DNA from: a virus
DNA length: 64,000 bases
Strand: one strand, 5' to 3'
Virus record (IMG/VR): IMGVR_UViG_3300033144_005375
Coordinates: 1-64,000 of that record
Shown here: positions 9,398-19,766 of the stretch, in pieces
Layout: the number at the start of each line of letters is the position of its first letter
How positions within the stretch are numbered: the stretch's first letter is position 1
Notes under the pieces: generated by a model
The model's database searches: none
Told to the model about the DNA's origin: nothing
What the model saw: only the letters and a program-made list of their open reading frames with translations
Translations under genes and position numbers: made by a program

Positions 9398-11995
9398 TCA
9401 CCGACGAAACACCAAAAGAGGGTCTGCCCGAAGAGCTTTCGATCTCAACCTACGCACAGGCATGTACACAGGTGGTTGGATCGAAAACCCAATCGCCGCG
9501 GCAAGCCTTACGGCCTCATCCGCCAAAACAAGGCCATCCAAAGGCTTGGCTGGAAGATTCAAAACCAAATGCCCCCCTGAACGCAACCGTGAAAAAGCCG
9601 TCTTGATTAGAGGCGCCAGAAAAGCGCCCACCCAGTCGTTAATGTTCGAGTAAGAGAGCGCTTTTTTTGAACTCTCTCCATACACCTCCAAATCGAAATA
9701 CGGAGGGGACGTAAACACCAAATCCAAAGGCACCTTTGGGTCAAAAGTCTCCGCGCGGGCATGCACCAATTTGCACTTCTCTGAACAACTCAGTGCTTCC
9801 GCCAGCGCACGGTTGCCTTCGATAGTAGCAGGCTCCACATCCGTTCCGATGTAAAGGCCCATACCCGAGGCCATCACACCAAAAAGACGACCCCCGTATC
9901 CGGCACACGGGTCCCACATCACGCCTCCAGGAACGCCATAACGATCACATACGAACTTGGTGACCCCAGGACGGAACACGGAAGGAGTACGGCAAAGCAT
10001 CATCAGAGCCTTCAAAACCCTTGGACCGGTTGTTGGGTGCCCCGCATTGAGCTGAACCTTGATTGCAGATTTCAGCTTGGTATCGTCTTGCCAAGCTTCT
10101 CGTAGGCTAAGCGCTCCCCGGTACCGGGCATCCGCACGGTTCGGGAAAAACGAAGCACACACCGTAGTTCCGCGATACGTGTACGGTCGAACAAACCCCT
10201 CGGGGTCTACGTGCATCGTCTGTGAGCTTAACTTGGTGAATTCCGCTTTGGTTTTTTTGGAAGGCTCAAGCTTAGGGAACCCCTCCTCCCTCAATCGTTG
10301 AAACACGTGGTCAATGTCCTGCGCGCGTAACTCCGGGTTTTTGTTGGCCCACAAAGAAGCGTCTCCCCCAAAAAGCTTTTTCCAGAAACGCACGTCATGA
10401 ACAGGGTCCTGATATCGGACCACCTTGACCTCGTAACCTAACTTCCGAGCTCGGGCAATTTTGAACCGGTCAAGTTCTTGAAGACGCTCAAACTCCTCAT
10501 GGGTTTTATGCCAAGACTCGATGAAGTAGAAGTGCTGTTCCCCATGGGCCTCAAGAATGAGAGACTTCGCAGAAAAATACCCATCAAAATGAAATAGGCG
10601 CCCGGTCATCTCATTGAAAATTCGAGGGTCTGTCCACTCCGACTCATACTGGGTTCCTAGGGCCGAGGCAGCGTTATCCAAAACTAATTTCTGCCAACCC
10701 AACCTACTACGTGTTTTCAGACCTAGGTCCGCACAGTTACGGCGAATTTGCCACTGCGCACAATTCAATGCCTTAGCGGCTGCCGCTGCGATCACGCGTC
10801 CCTCTTTATCCCGAAAAGGGCGAAGCTGGAGTTCCGTCAATACCAGCTTGTTTGCAGGGATAAACCTTTGTCCTGCTCGCAAAGCTGTAAAAGGCGCTTC
10901 TGGGTGTTCTTTGCAGTAGCGCTCAAAATCATGGGCAGATCGTAGATGCGAAGTCAAGTTCTCAGCACGGTGCCCACACTCTCGACAAGACACATAGTCA
11001 GCAGGCTCCTTTTTCCCTTTCCACAAGATGAGTTCGTCTTCTGCTTTGCAGTCATCACAACGCAAGTCATGAAGGGACCCCGCAAATAAAGAGACCTCAA
11101 GCTGCTGACCACAAGTTGGACAGTTCACCTCTTTCTGCGCTCCTTTCCAAAAGTCATTTTTCGCACGGCCCTCTAAGGAGGCGCTTAACCGCTTCTGTTC
11201 GACACGTTCAATGCGCCAGCAAGCCCCAGGCCATTTGCGAACATAAGAAGAAGGGGTCATGTCGTGGGCAGTTTCAAGATGTTTCCACAAGTTCTTCGCA
11301 CGATGCCCACACTCTCGACAAGACACGTGATCCGTACCAAGGTCTCCCAGCTTCTCTTCTGCTCTCTCACTCCTCCATGCTTGATGTTCTTCATCTTGAG
11401 CAGAGTGGAGATGGGCGGTTAGCCCTCGAGAACCAACGCACATCAAACCACAAATAGGACACGCGGTATCCGCTCCCCGACGCTTTTGATCACAAGGAGC
11501 ACAGAAGAAGTGGTGACGTTTGGCCGCGGAAATCGCAGACACCTCCAAGTCAGTGCCGCAAGTCTCACAAGGAACCTCGACCTTTCGGACTTGATGTTTC
11601 TGTCCTTTATGCTTCTTAGCGTTTTCAGCCGACCGGATTTTTTGTAACCGGGATCCTCGTGCCCGCACGTTTTGGTCCCCGTGTTCCGCTCCCCACCATT
11701 CTCGAATTTTCGCATAGTGCACCCCTAGCCGAAGCGCCACTTTCTTCATGGGTTCTTCCGTCGAAAACGCACTCAACGCCTTAGCTCGAACTTTAGGATC
11801 TGCTGCGTTCCCCGTCTTGGATTTAGCTAATCCACGGAGACGATTTGCGCGCTCTCGAACGCTGTCTTTCCCAAACACCTCTTTCCATGTTCGAGTAACC
11901 CGATCACGACCAACACCGATGTGCTTGGCCGCTACAGCCACAGCATCATCGGTGTTGAACGCGTCAAGAATCTTTTGACGAAGCTCCGGGGACAC
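9398..11995 (-). CDS. zinc-finger / PD-(D/E)xK-like nuclease / amino-methyltransferase fusion (homing-endonuclease-like insert, 865 aa)
   Basis: repeated CxxC and C2H2 fingers; FDGY...LILEAHGEQH nuclease-like motif; DPCAGYGGRL SAM-binding motif; TSPPY catalytic motif; AT-richer than flanks; separates sheath from tube. Confidence 0.75.
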   Translation of the reverse strand: MSPELRQKILDAFNTDDAVAVAAKHIGVGRDRVTRTWKEVFGKDSVRERANRLRGLAKSKTGNAADPKVRAKALSAFSTEEPMKKVALRLGVHYAKIREWWGAEHGDQNVRARGSRLQKIRSAENAKKHKGQKHQVRKVEVPCETCGTDLEVSAISAAKRHHFFCAPCDQKRRGADTACPICGLMCVGSRGLTAHLHSAQDEEHQAWRSERAEEKLGDLGTDHVSCRECGHRAKNLWKHLETAHDMTPSSYVRKWPGACWRIERVEQKRLSASLEGRAKNDFWKGAQKEVNCPTCGQQLEVSLFAGSLHDLRCDDCKAEDELILWKGKKEPADYVSCRECGHRAENLTSHLRSAHDFERYCKEHPEAPFTALRAGQRFIPANKLVLTELQLRPFRDKEGRVIAAAAAKALNCAQWQIRRNCADLGLKTRSRLGWQKLVLDNAASALGTQYESEWTDPRIFNEMTGRLFHFDGYFSAKSLILEAHGEQHFYFIESWHKTHEEFERLQELDRFKIARARKLGYEVKVVRYQDPVHDVRFWKKLFGGDASLWANKNPELRAQDIDHVFQRLREEGFPKLEPSKKTKAEFTKLSSQTMHVDPEGFVRPYTYRGTTVCASFFPNRADARYRGALSLREAWQDDTKLKSAIKVQLNAGHPTTGPRVLKALMMLCRTPSVFRPGVTKFVCDRYGVPGGVMWDPCAGYGGRLFGVMASGMGLYIGTDVEPATIEGNRALAEALSCSEKCKLVHARAETFDPKVPLDLVFTSPPYFDLEVYGESSKKALSYSNINDWVGAFLAPLIKTAFSRLRSGGHLVLNLPAKPLDGLVLADEAVRLAAAIGFSIQPPVYMPVRRLRSKALRADPLLVFRR

Positions 11996-11996
11996 C

Positions 11997-12027
11997 CACG
12001 GGTCCTACCCTATCAGTAGGACCCGTG
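11997..12027. repeat. perfect 12-bp inverted repeat abutting the start of the nuclease-methyltransferase gene
   Basis: cacgggtcctac-cctatca-gtaggacccgtg. Confidence 0.85.
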
Positions 12028-12041
12028 CAACCTCTGGTCGC

Positions 12042-15000
12042 CTAGGCGCCCAGATTACTGCGAAGATTGAAAGTTATAACGATGTATAAAAGGGGAAATA
12101 CAGGCTGGTAGAATGCTTCCACCTCGACGATGGTGGGATCGTTGGTCGTACGAGCCTGGATCCCGGTGAACGCCGTGATGATTTCCTGGTTCTTGAGCGC
12201 CTTCATCGTTGTCGAAAGCTGACCCTCGATTTGGGACAGAACGCCCGGCAGGAACTTGATGCCAACGAAGCGATCGAGGTCCCGTCGAGACGCACGCTGC
12301 ACCTCGTCCGCGATGGTGATCACGGTCGGCAGCTTCGTCAGAATGTTCGACGGGTCCGTGGTGAGGCCCTGACGGACCCGAATCACGGTGCCCCGCTGGT
12401 CAAGGATGGTGACACCCTGGACAGCGATCTGGTTCTGTTCCACCGCATCCAACGTGCGTGCCAGAGCATCGAACCCAACAATGCGTGCCCGTGTCCACGG
12501 GGTTGCCACATCGATGTTCGGGCTCGCCCGGTTGGCAGCCATGGCCGCAGCCAGGAACGTGCCGTCCACCAGGAACTGCTTGTCGTTGCCGAGAGCATCC
12601 TGGATCGTGAGCGTCACGATATCCGGGTACACCAGCCGGATGCGGGTGTTCTGGATCTGCTGCGCAATCCCACCAACGTCCGTCGGCTGAGTGCCCGACG
12701 AGACTCCGATGATGCCCGTACGCTCGGCCCGGAAGCGAATACTGGACTGAACGTCGCAGTGGTTCGACAGGGCAAAGAACAGGTCGATGTCATCACCCTT
12801 GAGCGGGGTGATGGTATCGAGCACCGAACCGCCAGGCAGCGGCCCACGAAGGTCGTTGAGCGCATCGATGTACGAAGCGGTGCTTGCCTGGTTGCTACCA
12901 GGAATCTTGGGCACCTGATTGATGGCGATGACCACCGCGCCGTTCAAGAACGCCAGGAACGCTGCCAGAGAAACCGGGTTGTCCGGGTTGATCTGACCGT
13001 AGTTCCGCTCCACCACCCGTTGGCTGGTGAAAAGCAGCGTCTGGAAATCAGCTTCCGTCTTGGAGTAGTTGTAGGTGATGAAGTACGAATCACCCACCGC
13101 CGGCTCCTGACCGCCACGATCGAAGGTCTCGATGATGGCCGTGTCGCCCGTCGGGATCGTGGACCCCTCAGTGTTGGCCACGGTGACCTCCACGCCGGGG
13201 ATCGAGTTGATCGGCACGTTGGCATCCGTCGTCACCAGTTTGCGCACCTCGAAAGTGAAGTAAGCGCCTGCACCCGTCGGGTAATCAGCCCCACCATCAC
13301 GCTCGAGGATGGTGAAAATCAGACCGGTAACCACATCGCGGTAGCTCTGACCGAGGACGCCGTCCTGACCCACGCCGTTGTTGAGGCAGGAGGTGTTGGC
13401 CGAACCGGACCCGTCGATGGGATCCGAGCTTGTGACGTAGAACCCCTGGAAGCCCGTCTCACCGGACGCGCCTGCACCCGCTTGTTCGAGCAACCCGGTG
13501 CCCGTACGGAGCCATGAGTCCGAAGTGGCGTCCAAGAACACGATGTTCGAGGAGGCGCCCAGACCGACGATGTTGTTGGCCTGTGACTCGATGAACAGGA
13601 ACTCCGCGTTGCTCGAGTCCACCACCTTGGCGGCCAGAGCCTGATCCGCGAACCAGGTCGCGTCGGGGCTCTGGTAGTCGAGGAGGACACCGTTGATGCT
13701 CGAGCTGTGGTGCATCATCAGAGCCGATGCCACCTTCTCGACCTCTACGGTCTCCCGATTCGCCGTGGCGTCCTCGGAGAACCCGAGAGAATCGTTAGCG
13801 TTTCCGCCATCGATCGTGACCGCCGAAGTGGTGTCCACCACCTGCGACACGAGACGGAAGCCTGCACCCTCGGGCGCGATGGCCGAAGCTGCCAGACCCG
13901 AACCGACGATGGCGGTCTGGATCTGCTCCATGATCGTGTTGGGAACCCCGATGGGCCCGAGCGGAACCGTTGCCGAGCCCGCAGCAGGAATCGCGGCACC
14001 GAATGCGTCCGTGAACACCACGGTGATGGGAGTCCCATCGATGTTGAACTTGAACACGTTGTTCTGTGGGTTCAACCCGTTGGCGCCGTAGAACTGAACC
14101 TGCGGCTGACCATCACGGTCATCCGTGTACGTTCCCGAAGGCACCTGACCGTCCGCGAAGCCAGTCTCGCCAACAAGTGACGCCGGCTGCAGGACCGCTC
14201 CGATACCCGCCTGACCAAAGGCCAGAGAAGTCAGACCCGTCTCGGTCTGTGCGTTCGTACCCTGGACGATCAAGTTGGTCTGAGCCACCTGACTCTCGGG
14301 CCGCATGGAACCGGTTCCGGGAGTGATGCGGTTGCGCAGGATGATACGGTCGTAAATCAGACGACCGCTGGTACCCGATACCGAGAACCGACGAGCCACA
14401 TCACCATCGGTGATCTTCGTCTGCTCCTGACTCGGAAGCGCATCCGTGGAGATCCCCGCGAGAACCGCGAAATCCGCTCCCAAACTGGCAGCATCGAGGA
14501 ACTCGAAGATACCGCCGCCGAGACCGGAACCACCCGTGAGGGTAGCTGCGGAGACCGGGAGACGGACCCCATCGCTGGAGATCAGCGTGATGAAGTTCCC
14601 CTGGGGCCCAGGATCGGCCGCGGTGATGTCCACCGTGGACGAAGTGCCCGAGCTGTTGTCCGCCGTGACCAGAACATCGAGCCCGTTGAGGGGATCGGTG
14701 ATCGCCGTCACGATGGTTGTACCCACACCCACGTCGGTCAAACCGCCGCCGAACGTCGCACCCGAAAGCGGGAGACGGACGGGATTGGAGCTGGCCATCG
14801 TGATGCCGTTGCCCAGAACACCAGGCACGTCAGCCCAGATGGTCACGATGGTGGAGGTCCCACCTGCGTTGTTCGCCGAGATGTCGGCTGCCAACCCGTT
14901 GCCCAAATCGTTGACCGCCGCAGCGATCGAACTGGCCACCGAGAAGTCTGTGCCCACACCACCCGCGAGGGTGAGGCCAGCCATGATCAGACGGATCGAG

Positions 15001-18000
15001 GTCGAACTCGTCGTATCGATGATGTTGCCGGAGTTCCCTGGCGTCACCGCGGTCATCGTCACCACGTTGATCGCTGCCAGCGCAGTCACGGTGACGACGA
15101 TGCCGTTACCAGCATCGTTGATCGCAGCCGCGACGGAGAGCGCCACGGTCGTGTTGTCTCCGATACCACCCAACAGGGTGGCCGCGGAAAGTGCGATGCG
15201 AACACCACCGGTGGACTCTGCCATCGTGATGCCGTTGCCCACCGTACCTGGTGTGAACGCATCGATATCGACCGTAGCCGAGGTGCCACCCGTGTTATCA
15301 GCGAGGACACCACCGAGACCGTTGGCGGCATCCAAGATCGCCGCCACCAAACTCGTGGCTGCGGAGATGTCGTCGCCCACACCACCGGTGAAGGACGCGC
15401 CCGAAAGGACGAACCGACCCGCTGCCGTGGTGCTCAGGGTGAGCAAATTGCCGGCCGCTCCGGGAATGACCGCCGTGAGATTCACGGTGTTGCCAACCGC
15501 AACTGCGGTGGTAATCGTGTCGAAGGCATTGGCAACATCGTTGATGGCAGCCGTGGCGTCCGTTGCCGCAGTGAGATCGTCACCGATACCACCCGCCAAT
15601 GTTGCGGCACCCCAGGTGATTCGAGCCGGCGCGGTCGAAACCGTGCTGATCGAGTCGCCTGCAAGCCCAGGCGTAAGGGCCTGAATATCAACTGTGGCCG
15701 AAGCACCGGCCGTGTTGTGTGCCTGAACGAGACCCGTGAGTCCGTTGAGGACATCCGAGATCGCGGCCACGATGGCCGTGGCCGTGGTGATCTCGGTTCC
15801 CACGCCAGCGATCGTGGCTCCGAAACCACCAGCGGTGGTCACGGTTCCGTCAGAGCTCATGTTGGTGATGACGTTGGCAAACGCGCCCGGAACCGTCCAG
15901 GTCAACGTCACATCCGAAGGACCGGGGCCCACCGCGGCGCTCATGAACGTCGCGAAGGCATTGGCCGGATCGTTGATTGCCGAAGCAATCTCAGCCGCGA
16001 TGGCTGCCGTGGTACCGAGCGTCTCGTCGTAGTCATTCGCACCAGAGATACGAGGACCGCCCGCCGGAGTCAGCGGGAATGGCCCACCGTTGGCCGCACC
16101 GGTGTCGATGGTGACGGTTGCGCTCGAGGGAGCTGCCGTCACGACCAAGGTGTCAGTAGCCTGAGTACCAGCGTCGAAGTTGAGACCACCAGGAGTGGTC
16201 ACATCGTCAGCCGTGAGTGCGATGCCTCCGATGGTGATCGTGTCACCGTAGAGGACACCCGTGCTGGGAGCCAACGAATCAGCCACGACGACCATGGCAC
16301 CGAGCGAACGCGTACCCGCATCGAAATCATCCGAACCGGGGGTACGAGCACCTTCGACCGGAGTCAGCGGTGCGCCATCGATGGTCACCGTGTCCGCCGG
16401 AGTTACCGGGAACGGAGCGATGGTTTCGGGACGAACACCCATCGTCATGAAGTCGGCGAGGGCCGATGTACCGACGTTGAAATCGAGACCGCCTGGGGTC
16501 AGCACGTTGCTGGCCGTCAGGATGACGGGACCACCGCCCACTGCGGAGGTATCGACGGTGATCGTGTCACCGTACTCGACCGAAGCCAGGGTAGCGGTGC
16601 CAGTGGCTCGCGTTCCTTCGTCGAAATTGAAACCACCAGGAGTCTGAGCTCCCAGTGCGGTCAAAGTGACGCCGTCCACCACGATGGTGTCGCCCGGAAC
16701 CGGACCAACCACCGTGAGGCTGCCCGTTGCAGCGGTGCCCTCGTTGAAGTTCAAACCACCAGGGGTCTGAGCGCCAGCCGCGGTCAGGACCACAGGTCCG
16801 CCACCAACAGCAGTCGTGTCGATGGTGATCGTGTCACCCGACTGGACACCCGTCGCAATGACGGTGCCTCGAGCCTGTCCGGTGTCGTAGTTCAGGCCAC
16901 CCGGAGTGACGCCCAGCGAACCGGTGAGCGTGATGCCGCCGATCGCAATGGTGTCGTTCAGGAGGGACCCGACGTTCGTGACGGTGCCCGTGGCGAACGT
17001 ACCGAGGTCGGTGTCTGCACCTTGGAAGGTGAAGCGAATGCCACCATCAGCGTTTGCCGTGGCAGTCACATCGATGCCGTCGTACGCAGCCGGGAGGGCC
17101 GCGATGGCGGTGTCGATGGCGGTGTCAATGGCAGCCGCCAAGAAGTTCGGCGAAACATACGTTCCCGGTGCGATGGTCGCCGTGACAGGACCGGTCGAAC
17201 CGTTCGTGATGCCCGTGTAGTTGAACACGAGCTGGTCGTACTCGCCGGCCGTGATGATCGTGGTTCCAAGGAACCGAGTCACACCATCGTAGTAGGCTTC
17301 GTTGCCGGTGAGTTTCGCCTCGGCGTTGATCGCCTCGACGTACGCATCCGCATCGACACCCGTTTGACCAGGCACGTTGACCGTGACGACGACGTTGTCC
17401 ACCGTGAACGACACGTTGTCGTTGATCCCGGCCAGGATGTCGTACGTGGTCTTGCCCGAATCGTCGGTGTACTCGATCTCATTGCTCAAAAGAGACGCGT
17501 TGAAACCGAGACCGGAGATGCCGTGTGGGGCCGACAGATCGATACCTGCCGTGCCACCCGCCAGCAAAGTGCTGTCGATGGTGAACCGAGCCCGATCGGA
17601 CTCGCTTTCCACGAAAGCGTAGGGGCCGGAGCCGGCCACCGTGAACTTGGCGATCGTGGCGTCCTTATCCGCGAACTGAACGGTGACGGTCTCCTCGACC
17701 GGACCATCCGTCGAGCCCTCGAAGTGGACATCAGGGGTGATCTCGGAGCCCGAGGGGAACTGGATCGTGACGCCAGTGAGCGCCGGTCCCTTGGAACCGA
17801 ACTTCGGCGTGTAGATCGGATTCCCGTTGCTGTCGAACAGGAAGTAGGACCCAATACCGGAAGGACCGCTGACCTGGACTTCGACCGTGTACTCCTGATC
17901 GACCAGGATGTTGTACCAGAAGGTCGCGAAGACCTCAGCACCCACGGGCACCGAGTTCTCGAGGGTGATCTCGACCCCGTTCACCTCAGTGACGTTGACT

Positions 18001-19508
18001 TGACCACGCTGGAGAGCGTCTTGGATCCCGAAGCCCCAGTACGCCTTGACGAGATTGGGGTTGTTCGTGGGAAGGTCCCGACGATTGTTGCTGATCGACA
18101 GGAAAGTTTCGGTGCCAAGCGGTGTGTCACGACCGTTACCCGTGGTGGGCTGAGCCGGCAACGTGAACTTCGTGCGATCTTCGATGGGCGGCGTGACCGA
18201 ATCGTCGATGACGACATCAGTGGAGGCCAAGAACCAACGGTTGTCGATGAGCAGACCACTGATCTGCGTGGCACCGAAAGGAGGAGCTCCCGTGCTCGTG
18301 ATTCCCGAAGAAATCAGGAAAGCGGTTCCCCAGACGACGAGGTCGTCCTTGAGGATGAAATCCGCGCCTTCGATGAAATCGTTGTTGAGCGGAACGATGC
18401 CGCACCGGATGACTTCCGTGACGTTGATGTTCGCCAGGTAGTCGAAGGTGTCCTGCCAGGTGTTGAAGTAGTACTCGATCGTGACGCTGGCACCGACCTC
18501 GGGTGCGAACGGAAGAGTCACGGCCCGGTTTTGACCATCAACCTCGGTCGGGATGACCTGGATGCCATCCACCCGAACCGTCACTTTTGACGTATCGGTG
18601 GTGGTGATGCCGCCATTGGTGCCATCGACGATGGGACCGTTGAACGTGAAGTAGGTCTGGTTGCGGTTGGTGTCTTGACCCTGCGTGAAGCCCAAGATGA
18701 CGTTGGAAGAGCCGTCACCCATGAGCAGATCGCGGTCTGCAACGAGTCGAACAGCCGTGAGGCCGAAGTTGTTGGTGTACTCCGAGGCCACCAAGGAGGT
18801 GCCCGTAGCAGCACCATTGATCAGCGAGACAATGGTGGCAGCGGTGACAGAGCCCGTGGGGAAGACGGTTGTGACGATCTGCTGAGTAGCCAGCGTCGAG
18901 TCAAAGTCCACGGTGACACTGAACTGGTTGGTCTCCGAGGTGAACTCGTACTGGTTGCCGATCGCACCATCGAGGATGGCGCTGATCTGAGTCGTCTGGT
19001 TCGACAGGTCATCAGTGACCAGCGTGTCCGTGCGCTTGAAGAAGTACGTGATCCGCACATCGTCCCCAAAATTGGGGGCGGTGCTGATCTCGATGACTCC
19101 AACGTCTGCGCGGGCCACGCTCAGGACCACGTCGGCCTGACCGTTGATCGTGACGAAGATCGAGCTTGGGTCTGTGGCGATGATGCCGGCGCCGTCCCCG
19201 TTGGTGATCGGGAAGTTGCGCACCTGGATGCGACGACGCTCACCGTTGAAGTCACCAAGGAGGACCTCACCCGTGTCGGTGATCTGAACGACCGAACGGC
19301 CGGTCTCGTCTTCTTGTGGGACCTGCTGGTCTACCGAGCTCGATGAGCCACGGATGATCTCGAGGTCTTGCTGTTGGAGAAGCTCATTGCCCGTCCCGAT
19401 GAGTACCGGAATGCGTACACCAGCCAGCACCGCAGAGACAGGGCTCTGGAATAGCGTTCTCGTGTAAATTCCTGGTGGCGAATAAATGTTGCCCGGAAAA
19501 TCTGCCAT
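12042..19508 (-). CDS. contractile tail sheath protein with very large insertions (2488 aa)
   Basis: N-terminal YSPPGIYTR...VLIGTG; C-terminal core with QGVTIL, VRQGLTT and VEVEAFYQPVFPLLYIVITFNL; upstream of the tube gene. Confidence 0.9.
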   Translation of the reverse strand: MADFPGNIYSPPGIYTRTLFQSPVSAVLAGVRIPVLIGTGNELLQQQDLEIIRGSSSSVDQQVPQEDETGRSVVQITDTGEVLLGDFNGERRRIQVRNFPITNGDGAGIIATDPSSIFVTINGQADVVLSVARADVGVIEISTAPNFGDDVRITYFFKRTDTLVTDDLSNQTTQISAILDGAIGNQYEFTSETNQFSVTVDFDSTLATQQIVTTVFPTGSVTAATIVSLINGAATGTSLVASEYTNNFGLTAVRLVADRDLLMGDGSSNVILGFTQGQDTNRNQTYFTFNGPIVDGTNGGITTTDTSKVTVRVDGIQVIPTEVDGQNRAVTLPFAPEVGASVTIEYYFNTWQDTFDYLANINVTEVIRCGIVPLNNDFIEGADFILKDDLVVWGTAFLISSGITSTGAPPFGATQISGLLIDNRWFLASTDVVIDDSVTPPIEDRTKFTLPAQPTTGNGRDTPLGTETFLSISNNRRDLPTNNPNLVKAYWGFGIQDALQRGQVNVTEVNGVEITLENSVPVGAEVFATFWYNILVDQEYTVEVQVSGPSGIGSYFLFDSNGNPIYTPKFGSKGPALTGVTIQFPSGSEITPDVHFEGSTDGPVEETVTVQFADKDATIAKFTVAGSGPYAFVESESDRARFTIDSTLLAGGTAGIDLSAPHGISGLGFNASLLSNEIEYTDDSGKTTYDILAGINDNVSFTVDNVVVTVNVPGQTGVDADAYVEAINAEAKLTGNEAYYDGVTRFLGTTIITAGEYDQLVFNYTGITNGSTGPVTATIAPGTYVSPNFLAAAIDTAIDTAIAALPAAYDGIDVTATANADGGIRFTFQGADTDLGTFATGTVTNVGSLLNDTIAIGGITLTGSLGVTPGGLNYDTGQARGTVIATGVQSGDTITIDTTAVGGGPVVLTAAGAQTPGGLNFNEGTAATGSLTVVGPVPGDTIVVDGVTLTALGAQTPGGFNFDEGTRATGTATLASVEYGDTITVDTSAVGGGPVILTASNVLTPGGLDFNVGTSALADFMTMGVRPETIAPFPVTPADTVTIDGAPLTPVEGARTPGSDDFDAGTRSLGAMVVVADSLAPSTGVLYGDTITIGGIALTADDVTTPGGLNFDAGTQATDTLVVTAAPSSATVTIDTGAANGGPFPLTPAGGPRISGANDYDETLGTTAAIAAEIASAINDPANAFATFMSAAVGPGPSDVTLTWTVPGAFANVITNMSSDGTVTTAGGFGATIAGVGTEITTATAIVAAISDVLNGLTGLVQAHNTAGASATVDIQALTPGLAGDSISTVSTAPARITWGAATLAGGIGDDLTAATDATAAINDVANAFDTITTAVAVGNTVNLTAVIPGAAGNLLTLSTTAAGRFVLSGASFTGGVGDDISAATSLVAAILDAANGLGGVLADNTGGTSATVDIDAFTPGTVGNGITMAESTGGVRIALSAATLLGGIGDNTTVALSVAAAINDAGNGIVVTVTALAAINVVTMTAVTPGNSGNIIDTTSSTSIRLIMAGLTLAGGVGTDFSVASSIAAAVNDLGNGLAADISANNAGGTSTIVTIWADVPGVLGNGITMASSNPVRLPLSGATFGGGLTDVGVGTTIVTAITDPLNGLDVLVTADNSSGTSSTVDITAADPGPQGNFITLISSDGVRLPVSAATLTGGSGLGGGIFEFLDAASLGADFAVLAGISTDALPSQEQTKITDGDVARRFSVSGTSGRLIYDRIILRNRITPGTGSMRPESQVAQTNLIVQGTNAQTETGLTSLAFGQAGIGAVLQPASLVGETGFADGQVPSGTYTDDRDGQPQVQFYGANGLNPQNNVFKFNIDGTPITVVFTDAFGAAIPAAGSATVPLGPIGVPNTIMEQIQTAIVGSGLAASAIAPEGAGFRLVSQVVDTTSAVTIDGGNANDSLGFSEDATANRETVEVEKVASALMMHHSSSINGVLLDYQSPDATWFADQALAAKVVDSSNAEFLFIESQANNIVGLGASSNIVFLDATSDSWLRTGTGLLEQAGAGASGETGFQGFYVTSSDPIDGSGSANTSCLNNGVGQDGVLGQSYRDVVTGLIFTILERDGGADYPTGAGAYFTFEVRKLVTTDANVPINSIPGVEVTVANTEGSTIPTGDTAIIETFDRGGQEPAVGDSYFITYNYSKTEADFQTLLFTSQRVVERNYGQINPDNPVSLAAFLAFLNGAVVIAINQVPKIPGSNQASTASYIDALNDLRGPLPGGSVLDTITPLKGDDIDLFFALSNHCDVQSSIRFRAERTGIIGVSSGTQPTDVGGIAQQIQNTRIRLVYPDIVTLTIQDALGNDKQFLVDGTFLAAAMAANRASPNIDVATPWTRARIVGFDALARTLDAVEQNQIAVQGVTILDQRGTVIRVRQGLTTDPSNILTKLPTVITIADEVQRASRRDLDRFVGIKFLPGVLSQIEGQLSTTMKALKNQEIITAFTGIQARTTNDPTIVEVEAFYQPVFPLLYIVITFNLRSNLGA
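14525..16998 (-). repeat. seven N-half repeats followed by seven C-half repeats (nested domain array) within the sheath
   Basis: 7 x [A.GT.T...GDT.TI.G..LT....TPGG.NF..G], then 7 x [..A..I.AAIND..NG...V.ITA..PG..GN.I......GG]. Confidence 0.8.
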
Positions 19509-19637
19509 GATGGAGTTACCTCTTCGGTCTTAGGGCGCACGAGTCCAGTGGAGCTCAAAGCCCTGGTTGCAGTCGCTGGTTGCGCTAGAAAAGCGCTGAG
19601 GTTCACATTTGAATCGCGTCCACGTTCGTCTATCGAT

Positions 19638-19747
19638 TTCAATTTGGCCGTCTCCCGAAGGAGAGGAATTCTGCTTGGTGCTCCGAGGAGCTGCGTTTCA
19701 ATTGGGTCTGTGGATCTAGTTCAATCTGGGTCCTCCCGAAGGAGGCC
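19638..19747 (-). promoter_or_regulatory. two bulged UUCG hairpin leader elements (copies 2 and 3) in the sheath 5' leader
   Basis: UUCC-UCUCC-UUCG-GGAGA-C-GG-CCAAAUUGAA (19638-19668) and GG-CCUCC-UUCG-GGAGG-A-CC-CAGAUUGAA (19720-19747). Confidence 0.65.
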
Positions 19748-19766
19748 GGGTGTAGCGACAGCTCCC

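Noticed and set aside
12231-18590. Long plus-strand ORFs such as 15717-18590 (957 aa), and similar ones across the window
   Set aside because: They are antisense shadows of GC-rich minus-strand genes, Arg/His/Asp-rich and without recognisable motifs
40-19508. Extracellular contractile injection system or tailocin locus
   Set aside because: Neck genes, homing-endonuclease-like inserts, a dedicated promoter motif and phage-type accessory genes favour a large phage, although no capsid or terminase gene is in the window
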